The position numbers and the translations under genes were made by a program. A model generated the notes under the pieces. It saw only the letters and a program-made list of their open reading frames with translations. It had not been told where the DNA came from and searched no databases. A DNA stretch of 64,000 nucleotides from a virus. Its lineage: Duplodnaviria; Caudoviricetes. The stretch spans positions 97,312 to 161,311 of the IMG/VR virus record IMGVR_UViG_3300037067_019204; one strand, written 5' to 3'. Positions 9,357-21,266 of this stretch are shown here, piece after piece; position 1 is the stretch's first letter; every line of letters begins with the position of its first letter.

Positions 9357-10836
9357 TTGGAATATGTTTTAAACATACAAGTTTCTCTCTTTATTTCCTT
9401 CTCTAGGTCTTGTATTTCTTGTTTTTTTTCCTCAATTTTCTTTTTAAGATGTTCCTCTTTTATTTGAGGGGAGGTATATTGAAGTTCAAAATTTCCTCTT
9501 ATTCTTATTTTAATCCCATGTTCCAATTCAAGTTCTACATCATTAAATTCATAGGATTCATAGGATGGGTGAATAGAATTATTTTTTATACGTGTATAAT
9601 AAGTAAGTTCAGCAATACTTTTCTCCAATCCACCAAAAGAAACAAATGGTGTTCCTATTTTTAATATCTTTTTATTATATAAAATACTATTTAGTGTATC
9701 AGGATTATTATTTATTTGAGATTTTTTCTTCTTCATATACTTTTTCCTCCATTTTATTTAACTCAGTTTTGGAACTTCTCTCTTTGAGGATAACTTCAAT
9801 CAAATTTTTTGCTGTAATAAGATTATCAGTACTAATGTATTCATTATTCATTAAGATAGAGAATAATGATTTTTCATAGTAGTTCTTCATCTTTTTTCTC
9901 CTTTTTTACTTTTAAATCCTCTCTTTCCATACGCATTCTTTTTATAGAATCGTCTGCTAATTTTTGAAGTTTAGGATTTGTCAGTGACCATTCTTGATAC
10001 CTTCCTTTGAAACCAGAAATAGAACAAAAGTAAACTTTTTTATCTATCATTTTTTGTATCCTTTGTCATATTTTCCCACTCATTATATAAATCATCACGA
10101 AGAAAGTAATGTATCTTTTTCCAATTATTAATAATTGTTTCTGCAAGTTCCAGCCTTTTTAGAAGATATTTATTTTTTGTTTTGTATGCACGTAACATTC
10201 TGATATGAGCAAAAAATAATTTATGAGTTGTTTTATAATTTAACATTTTATTTATCTTCCTCTTTTTTTATTTTTCCATTTCTTTAACACTTGATTGCCA
10301 TTCTTTAAAAGCACGATCTTCTTCTTCTCCATACATAGTATGAATAACTCTTTCCGCTGCCTCACATCGACGTTTAAGCATTGAAATATATGTACATTGA
10401 TCACATAAATGCCCACTTACACATGATTCTCCATGTCCTAATGTTCTCCCACAAGGTATTTTATAATTCATTTCTTGCCTCCCACCTTTTTAATATCCAA
10501 AACAATCATCTAGCACATCTTCCATCATACTTTGTTGTATTACTTTCCTGTTATTATCCATATAATTCCCTTTACTAAAAGGAATCCAAAGAATAAAACA
10601 ATAATAAGTACCTGAAACCCAAAAGTAACAGGACCACCAACTTTCACAATACATCCAACACTATTGCCACAAATATTTGGAAATATGGTTGTGGTTATAA
10701 AACCAAATATTCCTATAAAAACAAAAGCAACAGTATATAAGCAAATAGGAACGATGATACAAAGAATACCAACGAGTTTTAAAAATTCCCATATTCCCTC
10801 TAATGTATATTTAAGTCTTTCTAATATTTCCATATA

Positions 10837-11310
10837 TTAAACCTCTTTCTTTGCATAGGTGAAATAAGAGAGAGACCCCCATACAATAAATTCAGGCCAT
10901 GCTGCAAAATATGGCATCCCATTCTTATTTTTTTCGGTTTCTGTTTCTATTATTTTGCTTAAAAGTTCTTCTGTTGCATCATGGCATTCTTTTTCTTGTT
11001 CATATAGAGTTTTCCAGCGTTCACTTTCAAGTTTTAGTTGTCTTATAACTTTTGCTACAGCGAAATCATTTACCCATTTTTTATCCTCTATTTGAGTTAA
11101 AGTAACTTCTTCTATCCTATTTAAATCATAGAGAACACCATCAATTGGTTGTTGTATAAAAGTTTGTATAGGAGCAATAATAGGCCCTTCTGTGGACATA
11201 AAAACAATATTTCCCTTTTTATCTTCTTTAAGAATTAAATCACGAAAAGACTTGTATTTATTATCAATTTCTTCTTGTGGAACTTCTTTGCATACGTTTT
11301 CTTTTTCCAT
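10837..11310 (-). CDS. Hypothetical protein
   Basis: 157 aa ORF with GAGG RBS, downstream of a sigma70-like promoter. Confidence 0.6.
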   Translation of the reverse strand: MEKENVCKEVPQEEIDNKYKSFRDLILKEDKKGNIVFMSTEGPIIAPIQTFIQQPIDGVLYDLNRIEEVTLTQIEDKKWVNDFAVAKVIRQLKLESERWKTLYEQEKECHDATEELLSKIIETETEKNKNGMPYFAAWPEFIVWGSLSYFTYAKKEV

Positions 11311-11328
11311 TTTTCCTCACTATAATTA

Positions 11329-11357
11329 ATAATATTATAAGCACTGTTTATTGTCAA
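11329..11357 (-). promoter_or_regulatory. Sigma70-type promoter
   Basis: TTGACA-17-TATTAT. Confidence 0.6.
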
Positions 11358-14356
11358 CAATAAATTATTAATTTTATATAAATTATCTTTTGTGATTATT
11401 TATTTTGTTTTGGTATTTTTTATAATATTTTGGCCAGTTTTTTTTATAAAAGTCTGGGTATTTTTTAATTGCTTCTTCTGGCCATTCAACATTGTATCCT
11501 TTCATATGAAAAAAGAAGTCTTCTGTTTTTTGTATTATTTTTCTGTAAGGAGTTACAGAATCCATGTGACAGTTATTTACATTAAGAGTCTTAGAGATAA
11601 TAAATATTGGCCATAAAAATAATAATCTTAAAAATCTCATTGGGACACTTCCCGGTGAGATAAAAGTAAGAAAAAGCATAAGCCCATTAAATAGCCAAAA
11701 TAAAATTATAATTACCATAACATTAATATTCATTTTTTGTAGTTTCCCTCCACCTTCTTTTTCGCCGCGAGCCATGCAGCAACTATATCATAATCACATT
11801 GTTTATCCCCATATTTATTTTCACAACCAACATCGTAAGGGTGTGAAAAATTATGACATAGTTCACATATTATATTTATTAACTTTTCTTTATCCGCGTC
11901 CGCCGCCGTCAGTGCATCGCGGAGGGCGGTGTTCTGTATTTCAAGATAAAATCCGTATGCTTCAGAGTAATTGCCGTGCGAAGTATGCGTCATTTTATCA
12001 GGATTATCCGTGCAGAATATTTTTCGTATTTTTTCACTCATTTCGGTTCCTCCTGTAATTAAATATGCCGTCTTAATTCTATATGAATTGATGAGCCATA
12101 TTCAATTTGGTTAAATCGGTTTCTGTTTAAATAATCACATGCTTCTTGTATTGATTGTTTCATACATTCATTTTCTCTTTCTACTAACGTTAGTGCTTCA
12201 CGGAGGGCGGCGATTTCATTATTTTTACCATTGCATTTACAAACAGATACTAATTCTTGTGGATTATCAAAACCTTTTACTTCTAAATAGTATTTGCATT
12301 TATCACTCATTTCGGTTCCTCCTGTTATAACCAAAATTTAAACATTCTTCTTTTCTTAGTTTTGTAACACCGGGAACAAGTTTTATATTCATTCCCCCAA
12401 ATATCTGAAAGATACAACCAATCGTGGCCTAAAAAGAAACATTTTATTTTATCAAGCATTATTCCTCCTTTGAGGGAATATAATATTTCAAATATTCACT
12501 CGTGATGAAATCAACATTGTTTAGCCCGATATTTTGAAACTTTTCTTTAACTTCTTTTGGAACTTTGACATTAAAGTAGTTTTCGTATTCTGCTATAAAT
12601 TCATCAAATGGCATAGCATTATATTTTTTTCTTATTTCCAATGCTTTTAATAACTGTTTCATATTCATTTCGGTTCCTCTTTTGGTAGGAGTGAATATTC
12701 TTGAGCTGTTTTTATTGCCATATCTGACGTCTCCTTCCTGCTCTCACACAATGACATAATTATATCAAGTATCACATCTGATTCATTATTACCACACTCA
12801 AGAAGTTTCTTATATGCTGCATGAAAAAATGGATCATTGTAAAACAACCGACGCGTTCTCTCGTCGCCATTGCACATTTTTTTTGAAATTAGTATGGCTA
12901 TGCTGCTCTTCACTTCTCCCTCCCGCACATCGCGCCAGCCGGAGGGGGTGGCGGGAATGTTGCCTTTGCAATTACAACTATCGGTATGATTTACTTTTAT
13001 TTCATAATGTGGACACTTCATTCTTTTCATTCTCTCCCTCACTTTAAATAATATTAACTCTCTGGTTTCTCTGCATCCTTATGGAACAATTTTAACTTCT
13101 CACATAATCTACAGATGTTTCGACACTCACTTCTGGGGTCAGACCAATCACTTCTTATACTCGCCGCAAGACTGTCTATCTTGTCAATAATCTGTATTGC
13201 CGTTTCCTCTGGCATATCAAAACAATTTTGTTCTTCACTCATCACTCCCCCCCCCCGCCGTGGCGGTTGTTATTTATTAACAATGTTTAATTATCAGCAT
13301 AATAACGGTCAATACTGCAACCAGTTGCCATAGTTCAGACCCAATTGTTTCTTTGATGTATTTTTTATCATTATCATCCAGCATCTTTCATCTTTCCTCA
13401 CTATATAATTTTTATTTATTCATACTTCCCATCATTATATTATTGGCCCATCCAAACAACATAAGTATTACCAATAGTCGCCAGTCATACCAATAAAGGA
13501 TAAGTGTTATTGATATCCCACCTATTACCAATTGAAATATTTTATTTATCATTTTTTTCTTCATTATCTTTATAGTGTAATTATAAATTAATTGGATTCT
13601 TTTGGCACAGTAATAATAAGTTTTCCTGTACAATCAATATCTTTAGCCCATTTTATTATTTCAAAAATGGCCTGTCCTTTATCAAATATTTTGGTTTCAA
13701 CCCACATGTCCCCAATTGTTTCATTCCCACAAGATTTTTCAGCTATTGCAACCACTTGGTTATAGTTATCAGGTATTTTCATTTCTTTTACTCCTTTTTT
13801 AGAACGAATATCTGCAATCATTAATCCCCACAATAATCATTTCCTTGTAGATTATAGGTTAACGAAACAGGAACACACTTATATCCTTCCTTTTTTGATT
13901 TAATAATTGGCATTTGGTAATTCATATAGTCCTCAAAATTAGACCATGCTTGGTTTTCAGTATTACCAATAGTAGCATATATTGGGAAGTCATAACCAAG
14001 TATTATCATATACATTTTTTTTGTTTTCATTAATCATCTCCCTATTAATGCTATAAATATGTGTTTTATCCTAATTCTCTACCCGCATTATTTACGCTTG
14101 CCCCTTTTCCAATCATTAAAACTTATATTTTTTCTTATTTGTTGTGAAAAGTGATAAGCACCACATCCTTGATCATCTATACCAATCATTCTAATTTTTG
14201 TTTCACGCCCTATAAAACGCTCATATTCTTCTTTCTGTTGATCTTTTGATGCTTCATTTCTTATTGATTTACTACCACTACCAAAAGAATATGGGTTTTG
14301 TCTTTTATGTAATTCTTCTTCATAGCTCATTTTATTTTTCCTCCATTATATGGTTA

Positions 14357-15118
14357 TTACTTTTTTTTCATTGTTATTAATATAATAGTAGAGGGATCAT
14401 AAATTATATTTTTGCTGTATTCAATGTATATCTTTTTCATCTTTTTTGCAACTTTTTTGTACTTAAAATGAAAATGAACTTTCCCAGCTTTAAGTTGACT
14501 AAAGAATCCTAACAAGCTTCTCCCATAAAAAAACCCTTTATCCCCCAACCCCAAATCAATAAGAAAGGCATGTAATTCATCATACCAAACAGTTTTATCG
14601 TATTCTTTATATAGTAATATATCAAATATATTTCTAAAATAGGATTTTTTTGCGCACATGTTTACATTATAAAAATTAATCAGTGCGTTTACCTCTCTTC
14701 TATAATTTTTGTCAAAATCATATATAGCATGGGCTATTTCATGATTAAGTGCCGTAAAATGTTTACACGTTGCTATAATATAAAACTCTTTTGCTTTTTT
14801 TAGCTTAATAAGTTTTTCTAGTTCACTTATAACAAATAATTCTCTTTCAGAAAGACGATCTTTTTTAATTACTTTTATAAACTCTTTAAATACTTCCCCA
14901 GAAATGTTATGCCCCAATACTACAGATAAATATTTTGGGTAGTATGCAAGCACCTGACCAATTTCAAAATAGGTTCCTTTATATTTAGGAGATTCACTAA
15001 ATTCGCTCATACGCAAAAAGCTTAAATTCATATCTCTTTGAGAATCAAAATTAAAATGAAATATGCACTTTTTTTCTTTATTGTATTGCATTGTGTTTAT
15101 TGTTACATTCATAGGCAT
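14357..15118 (-). CDS. HExxH zincin-like hypothetical protein
   Basis: ALNHEIAHA and a downstream DELHAF. Confidence 0.55.
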   Translation of the reverse strand: MPMNVTINTMQYNKEKKCIFHFNFDSQRDMNLSFLRMSEFSESPKYKGTYFEIGQVLAYYPKYLSVVLGHNISGEVFKEFIKVIKKDRLSERELFVISELEKLIKLKKAKEFYIIATCKHFTALNHEIAHAIYDFDKNYRREVNALINFYNVNMCAKKSYFRNIFDILLYKEYDKTVWYDELHAFLIDLGLGDKGFFYGRSLLGFFSQLKAGKVHFHFKYKKVAKKMKKIYIEYSKNIIYDPSTIILITMKKK

Positions 15119-15506
15119 CTCCTTGTTATATTGATTCTTTTTTAGAATCTAAATCTCTGGAAAGGCATTTTGGACAATATATAAATTCTTGCTCAGACTT
15201 CCAAACATATAAGCATGATCTGCAAAGATATCTGATTATATATCTCATAGTTTACCTACTCATACCCCAATATTACAGGAGTATACAAAGTTACAATAGT
15301 GCCAATTAAAGCACCTAATATATAGGCTACCCTATCATAATTATTAGCCAATGCAAGGTCTTTTATATTCAAAGTCCACATCAGTGATATAGCCATACTT
15401 AACGATATTGCACATTTACGGTAATGATTGGCTATCAACCATATATTAGCAGTAGTAAGAGATACTATCGAAAACGCTCTTAAAGCAATATAGAATTTTT
15501 TTTTCA

Positions 15507-17195
15507 TTATTTCATCCTTATAGAAAACAGCTTATTATCCTTAGCAAAATATGTTTGGTTGCCCTTATTAAACAATTTTGTTCCAGATAAGGTAGTATCT
15601 TGTATAAGCTTTACTGTATTATTATCTTTCCTATTAAAGAACAATTCAGTAAACCCATCTTCATTTACATATATACAAATTCCATTATCCAATACAGTAA
15701 AGTTAATTTCAGTATAAGACACATCCTTTGTTTCTATGATAGAATACTCATACTTATCATTAAATTTAAATATAAATCTATTATAGATACCACCGTGTTC
15801 TCCAATAACAATTAAAATATTGTTATGATATTTAGCATTGACAATACGGAATCCTTCTAATTCTTTTATTTTTATTTGTTGGTGTACTCCGCTTTCAGGA
15901 AATATTGAAATATAATATAATCCCAATAGATTTTGAATTGCAACCCCATCAAATATTTGGGTAGCATTTAATAGAATATTACAGACAGGGCGAATATAAA
16001 CAAAAAGTCTACCCTTTGTTTCAGTAAACATAATTTCACTTATATTTTCTCCATGAACTATATATAAACGATTATTATAAGAGAACAAACTAACCCCTAT
16101 AAAGTCAAAAGGAATGTCTTGCCCTGCTGTAACATTATACAATTGTAGTCTATTATTTTTTATAATAGCTGATACAACATGTCCATATATTGGAGATATT
16201 CCAATATGAGAATAGGAAGCAACTTTTTTATCCAATCTTTTGTCTATAATTAATCCATCACTTGTTAATATTATTTCATGACCGCCCCAAGACTGAAAAT
16301 TTATTATATCAAAGTCATACTCGCCCACTTCTTTTATATCAAAATTATCTGTTCCTGTGATAACACGAACTCTCATAGGCTTGGTAATTATAACAGCATC
16401 CAAACTTGGAGGAAAGGGAAATCGAACCCCATCTTCAAATATAGATTTATACCAAGTCCGATATGTTTCTGGTATTGTATTATTAAAATTATCTACAATA
16501 GGGGGAAGACTAACATCCGTATTAAACACGGATATATTATTATCCATCCGTTGCTCTAAGTTTTTAAATGTAGGATGCTTTCCTTTATAAGGATGTATCC
16601 CGGTTAACATTTGAAATGTTAGTATACCAAATGAAAACCAATCAGTGTTTGCATTAAATTTATTCTTGCAATGCCTATCACGAATAGAATCCATTATAGC
16701 AGTTGCAGGATATGATCGTGTTTGATAACTATCAACATCAATAAAATAAATTTTATTAAAGTTAGACCCATCTAATAAAAAATTCATTTCATTCAAATCA
16801 ACAATAAGAATGTTATTATCATGGCAATGTTGGACATTATTTCTAAATTGTTGTATTAAAGATAATAATTCCTTTGTTCTTAAATTATTCCTATTCTTAA
16901 ATGCTTTAGTAAAAACCTGACACAATGCTGTTGTTCTCTCAATATACTTCATAGTATATCCAATAGGGGTGCTACGTTCATCAAGAAGAACGTGTTCCGG
17001 TTTTATTATCTCGGGAGAAGTTAAAGAAGATAATTCCGCTATCTTTGCTTCAGGAATCATATGTGATGGTTTAATATATATTTTATATGCTATGTTTCCT
17101 TTAACATATATACTTCCCTCACCACCACTGGCAATAAAGTTTCTTTGAGTTAAACTTTCTGGGCCTTTACCTTTAACTATTACTTTCAACATCAT
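15507..17195 (-). CDS. Ser/Thr protein kinase (TerY-P type) with C-terminal beta-rich domain
   Basis: IASGGEGSIY, AYKIY, DLNEMNFL, FIDVDSY, DWFSFG, GIHPYKG. Confidence 0.88.
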   Translation of the reverse strand: MMLKVIVKGKGPESLTQRNFIASGGEGSIYVKGNIAYKIYIKPSHMIPEAKIAELSSLTSPEIIKPEHVLLDERSTPIGYTMKYIERTTALCQVFTKAFKNRNNLRTKELLSLIQQFRNNVQHCHDNNILIVDLNEMNFLLDGSNFNKIYFIDVDSYQTRSYPATAIMDSIRDRHCKNKFNANTDWFSFGILTFQMLTGIHPYKGKHPTFKNLEQRMDNNISVFNTDVSLPPIVDNFNNTIPETYRTWYKSIFEDGVRFPFPPSLDAVIITKPMRVRVITGTDNFDIKEVGEYDFDIINFQSWGGHEIILTSDGLIIDKRLDKKVASYSHIGISPIYGHVVSAIIKNNRLQLYNVTAGQDIPFDFIGVSLFSYNNRLYIVHGENISEIMFTETKGRLFVYIRPVCNILLNATQIFDGVAIQNLLGLYYISIFPESGVHQQIKIKELEGFRIVNAKYHNNILIVIGEHGGIYNRFIFKFNDKYEYSIIETKDVSYTEINFTVLDNGICIYVNEDGFTELFFNRKDNNTVKLIQDTTLSGTKLFNKGNQTYFAKDNKLFSIRMK

Positions 17196-17404
17196 CCTCT
17201 TCTATTTCAATGAAATGGTTATTTGAATTAAATATAAAAAAGAAAGTTTTAATAGAATCATATATTTTTAGTATATGTTCATTATCTGACTTTTTAAATA
17301 CATCCCACCCAATACCAGTATACATTTTCCAAAGTATTGGTTCTGCTCCATCCCTTGTATTTCTGTAACGATATACTTTTATTTCTACCATATATTTTTC
17401 CTTA

Positions 17405-17878
17405 TTATTTATCTATTAATTCAATACTATTTTCAAATATTCTTTCTAGATCATCTGAATAACCAAATCGTTCTTTATTTATTACGATACTTTTTCGTAT
17501 ATTACCGTCGTCATGTCTCTTAGATGCACAATACCAATCAATAAACATTTCCATTATATCAACTAAATTCATATCTTTGATGCCGTTTGCAAAATGTTCC
17601 GTATGATGACGAGAATTTGCATAATGATGTATTAGTGCTGGTTTTAAGTCTTCTAGAGCCTGTTTATACTCTGGAGAACCATATGTTAATTTAGCCAGTC
17701 TTGGAGTATGTTTTGAAAACAAAGAAAATTCTGGTTCTTCTAGCTTTGTATTATCATGTTTTTCACCACGTTCTTTAATCATACTTGCTATTTCAAACAT
17801 TAACTTTTTAACATATTGTTTATGTTCCATTGTTTGTTCCATGCAAAAAACATCTTCTTTTGTTTTAATTTGTGGCAT
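17405..17878 (-). CDS. DUF5662-like HD-type phosphohydrolase
   Basis: HDNTK, YGSPEY, HHYANSRHHTEHF, DIMEMFIDW. Confidence 0.7.
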   Translation of the reverse strand: MPQIKTKEDVFCMEQTMEHKQYVKKLMFEIASMIKERGEKHDNTKLEEPEFSLFSKHTPRLAKLTYGSPEYKQALEDLKPALIHHYANSRHHTEHFANGIKDMNLVDIMEMFIDWYCASKRHDDGNIRKSIVINKERFGYSDDLERIFENSIELIDK

Positions 17879-18132
17879 AGTAATCTCCTACTTTAATATT
17901 AAATTTCCTTTTCTTTTTTGTTTCTTTTTAAAACCACTACATTCAAGAATTTCTTGGCATGGCATATTAAACAACCCAAATCCAACCAATGGGCAATTTA
18001 GAACTTTGTATGCCACATCTTCAATAAATTTTTCAGGATTTCCATCAAGAATATCATAAGTTTTTCGTGTTCGTATTTTTGTTATTAATGCGTTTTCACA
18101 TTTATTACAAATTGAGTTTTTTGGTATTTTTT

Positions 18133-19323
18133 TCATTTTATCCCAAACTCCCTTTTAACTAAATTTAAATATTCCGCATCTTGACATTGTGCCTTTTCAG
18201 GTTCGTCACTGATTTTAGCTACAGGTTTATCATTAACTCTTTGAATCTTCATCACAATAGATATAGGCTTAGAATTAGGAATATCATTGGTTAGATTAGT
18301 TCCTATGCCAAAAGATACGTTTATACTTTTATCAAACGTTCTTTTTAGTTTGATGGCTTTAGTAAAATTAAGATTATCAGAAAATATAATTGTTTTTGTT
18401 TTTGGGTCAATACCCAATTTTATATAATGATTAACTACTTTAGTTCCAATACTAAATGGGTCTCCACTATCTTGTCGAACCCCATCATACAGATTGGCAA
18501 AATATTTATCAAAATCATTCAAAAAAGCATCAATCCCAATAGTATCAGTTAATGCAATCCCAAGACTTCCACGGTATACATCTGCCCATTTCTGTAACAT
18601 AAATCTTTGGCTTTCTTTTAAAGATGGTGCAAGAACCTCACCTGCCATAAGCCATTCATGTGCCATAGTTCCCACAGGTTTAAGATTAAATCTTTTTGCC
18701 ATAGCCACATTAGATGTTCCCATAAACAAATTCCGGTCAGAGTAATAATTAAAATAATTAACAACATCTTCTTGCCAAGATTTAGAGAACCTTCTCCGTG
18801 TACCAAAATCTGCAAACTTTATCTCGTTTGAATTTGCTATTAATATTTTACGAAAGGTTCTGTCTATTCTTCCTTTTATAAAGAAATAGTATTCTTCCAT
18901 ATCAATAGCAGAAGGAATGGTGTGCCTAAAAAAAACTTCACTGATAATAGCTAACACAGGAACTTCAAACAAAATGGTTTCATACCAAGACCCTTTCACT
19001 TTAAAAGAAAAAGGTTTTTCATTCATTTCAATACAATTAAAATTAGGAGTATAGTCTTTAAGACTATCTATATAATCTTTATTGAAATAAGGAAGAGTAC
19101 TAAGATAACCCAATTCCTCATTAGTGAATTTAAGACTGCACCAATGTTTTAGCTCTTCTTTTATTTCATCATAATAAGGAGAAAGATCTTCCCCACTTCG
19201 GCATTTGAATTCATATTCCACCATTGTATCAGGAAATTGATGAAACACCGCATTTTGCATCGTTAATTTGTATAAATCTGTATCTAATAGACTATTTATA
19301 ATCATGGTCATACTCCCAATCAC
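18133..19323 (-). CDS. pncB: Nicotinate phosphoribosyltransferase
   Basis: LLDTDLYKLTM, DFGTRRRFS, GTSNV, GTMAHEW, LTDT, GVRQDSGDP, FGIGTNLT, AKISD. Confidence 0.95.
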   Translation of the reverse strand: MIGSMTMIINSLLDTDLYKLTMQNAVFHQFPDTMVEYEFKCRSGEDLSPYYDEIKEELKHWCSLKFTNEELGYLSTLPYFNKDYIDSLKDYTPNFNCIEMNEKPFSFKVKGSWYETILFEVPVLAIISEVFFRHTIPSAIDMEEYYFFIKGRIDRTFRKILIANSNEIKFADFGTRRRFSKSWQEDVVNYFNYYSDRNLFMGTSNVAMAKRFNLKPVGTMAHEWLMAGEVLAPSLKESQRFMLQKWADVYRGSLGIALTDTIGIDAFLNDFDKYFANLYDGVRQDSGDPFSIGTKVVNHYIKLGIDPKTKTIIFSDNLNFTKAIKLKRTFDKSINVSFGIGTNLTNDIPNSKPISIVMKIQRVNDKPVAKISDEPEKAQCQDAEYLNLVKREFGIK

Positions 19324-20131
19324 AGAATCTTCTCAATGAAAAACTTTCTGGGATTTTGTTTTTATGGTTATTCTTGTCATGCATTTGTTCCACAAACTGA
19401 AAACATTTTGAATCGGTGTTTACATGTGAAGTTATATATGAATTGTAGTAAGTCTTTATTGATTCTTCTATTTCATTATATGTAAACCCAAGTTCTCCTT
19501 CATCAGTTTGTCCTTCCCACAAACCCGCTGACGGAATTTTGTTTATAAGGTTTTCTGGGAGATACTTTGTATCAACAAAATATTGAAGTACTTGGTAAAC
19601 CTCACTTTTAAAAAGTTCACCTATAGGATTACAATCAACACCACCATCCCCATACTTTGTAAAGTATCCAATAAAGTTCTCACTCAGATTATCTGTTCCC
19701 ATAACCCGCACTTTATCATCAAAGAATGAATTAGATAATTCCTCCACAATAGAATACAGAATAGTCATTCTTAATCTGGCCTTCATATTTCCTTTTGTCA
19801 GTTTTGTGGTGGGATGGGAAGACGGATTTTTCCAAATCTTTGTTATAATTTCCTCTTGGAGCATTTCAGCTATTCCACCAACAGGAACTGTTATTGAATT
19901 TATACCTAAATGTTTAGCCAGTTTTGTGGAATCTGAATTAAATGTAGACAAGTCAAACCTATCTGCTGGCATATGAACACCAAATACTTTATTATTTCCC
20001 AGTGCCTGTACACAAAGAGTTGCCACAAGAGTAGAATCTGCTCCACCACTTAAACCAATGACAGCTATATCCGTGAATTCTTTAATTTGTTTGGTTATGC
20101 TTTTTATAAGACCCTGAATATCTGTTATCAT
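19292..20131 (-). CDS. nadE: NH3-dependent NAD+ synthetase
   Basis: GLSGGADS, GNMKARLRM, GYFTKYGDG, PSAGLWEGQTDE.ELG. Confidence 0.95.
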   Translation of the reverse strand: MITDIQGLIKSITKQIKEFTDIAVIGLSGGADSTLVATLCVQALGNNKVFGVHMPADRFDLSTFNSDSTKLAKHLGINSITVPVGGIAEMLQEEIITKIWKNPSSHPTTKLTKGNMKARLRMTILYSIVEELSNSFFDDKVRVMGTDNLSENFIGYFTKYGDGGVDCNPIGELFKSEVYQVLQYFVDTKYLPENLINKIPSAGLWEGQTDEGELGFTYNEIEESIKTYYNSYITSHVNTDSKCFQFVEQMHDKNNHKNKIPESFSLRRFCDWEYDHDYK

Positions 20132-20955
20132 TAATTATCTCCTAGATAAATTGTTCCCATAGATAAATCATCATAGTATTTCCAACCTAAAATATTGCAA
20201 TCCTTTTTGAATCTATTTAATCTCCGTTGAACAAATCTTCCAGTGAACAATTTAAAATTTGTTAATTCAGTTATCACTTCTATAAAACTTACAGGTTCTC
20301 CTGTTTTTATGTCAACAAAAGAATGGACTCCATCTGAAAACAAAGTAATCCATTCATAATCTTCTACAAGGAAAATAGATTTAAAAGAAATTCCTTTTTT
20401 TAAAGTAGTGATTTCATACTTTTTTTCATATATATTATAGTGTGTATGAACAAACCCCTCTGGTTCAATTTTCAAATACCCACTTTTTCTATATTTATCA
20501 AGGCTATAAGATAAATATGCAGGATACCCATTGGGGTATACAACATTATATGCCTGTATAATTCCACTTTTTCTTTTTGTTACTAATACTCCATCCCCCA
20601 TCATATCAATAGATACATATTTTATTCTACTAATTATATTTTTAGTAGGGTCAAAAGGATATTTTGCAATTAATAATGTTGAATCAAACATGTATGGGTT
20701 TGTTTTTAGTTCATACTCATATTTTGTTTCCAACATTTTTAATATGGCTGGTGTAATTCCCCCAATTCCGGTTTCATCAATTAATTGGTCAGCACTTAGT
20801 GCAAGCAATCGTGCGCCCACATCTGTCATTTTAGATGAAGAGCACCCATCACATATAATCATGTGTGTACCCTCTGCCCCCGGAGTACGACTGAGGGTAT
20901 AGTCCTGACAAATCTCGTGAGAGCTACCTATAGTAAAAGCTGTATCTGTATTCAT
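20131..20955 (-). CDS. PP2C-like protein phosphatase (TerY-P type)
   Basis: HEICQDY, IICDGCSS, GDG, LFSDGV, DDLS. Confidence 0.85.
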   Translation of the reverse strand: MNTDTAFTIGSSHEICQDYTLSRTPGAEGTHMIICDGCSSSKMTDVGARLLALSADQLIDETGIGGITPAILKMLETKYEYELKTNPYMFDSTLLIAKYPFDPTKNIISRIKYVSIDMMGDGVLVTKRKSGIIQAYNVVYPNGYPAYLSYSLDKYRKSGYLKIEPEGFVHTHYNIYEKKYEITTLKKGISFKSIFLVEDYEWITLFSDGVHSFVDIKTGEPVSFIEVITELTNFKLFTGRFVQRRLNRFKKDCNILGWKYYDDLSMGTIYLGDN

Positions 20956-20988
20956 ATAACTTTTATATTCCTTTGTATTTGTTTAAAT

Positions 20989-21016
20989 TATCGGCATTAA
21001 ACTCAAAAAACTTTAG
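20989..21016 (-). promoter_or_regulatory. Sigma28-type promoter
   Basis: TAAA-N16-GCCGATAA. Confidence 0.8.
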
Positions 21017-21058
21017 TAAAATTATTACGTTTATGGAGCCAAAATCGTATTAATTTTA
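21017..21058. repeat. 42 bp palindrome, copy 2
   Basis: TAAAATTATTACGTTTATGG-AG-CCAAAATCGTATTAATTTTA, abutting a sigma28-type promoter. Confidence 0.85.
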
Positions 21059-21230
21059 TTTCTTTTTAAACATATTGCATATAATCAATGTAATTATGAT
21101 AGTTAATAATATACTAACCACTATTCCTTCTGGTGTTGAAAGGAAAGGTTGACTTTCTGGGTATTTACTTGCATACCATGCATACATAGTGTCTCTCCAT
21201 ACTCCCATATTGAACCTCCTATTAAAAAAT

Positions 21231-21262
21231 AAAGCTGGCCCACCCAAAGATGGGCCAGCTTT
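21231..21262 (-). terminator. Rho-independent terminator after the vWA gene
   Basis: AAAGCTGGCCCA/TGGGCCAGCTTT stem followed by a U-rich tail on minus. Confidence 0.8.
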
Positions 21263-21266
21263 CATA

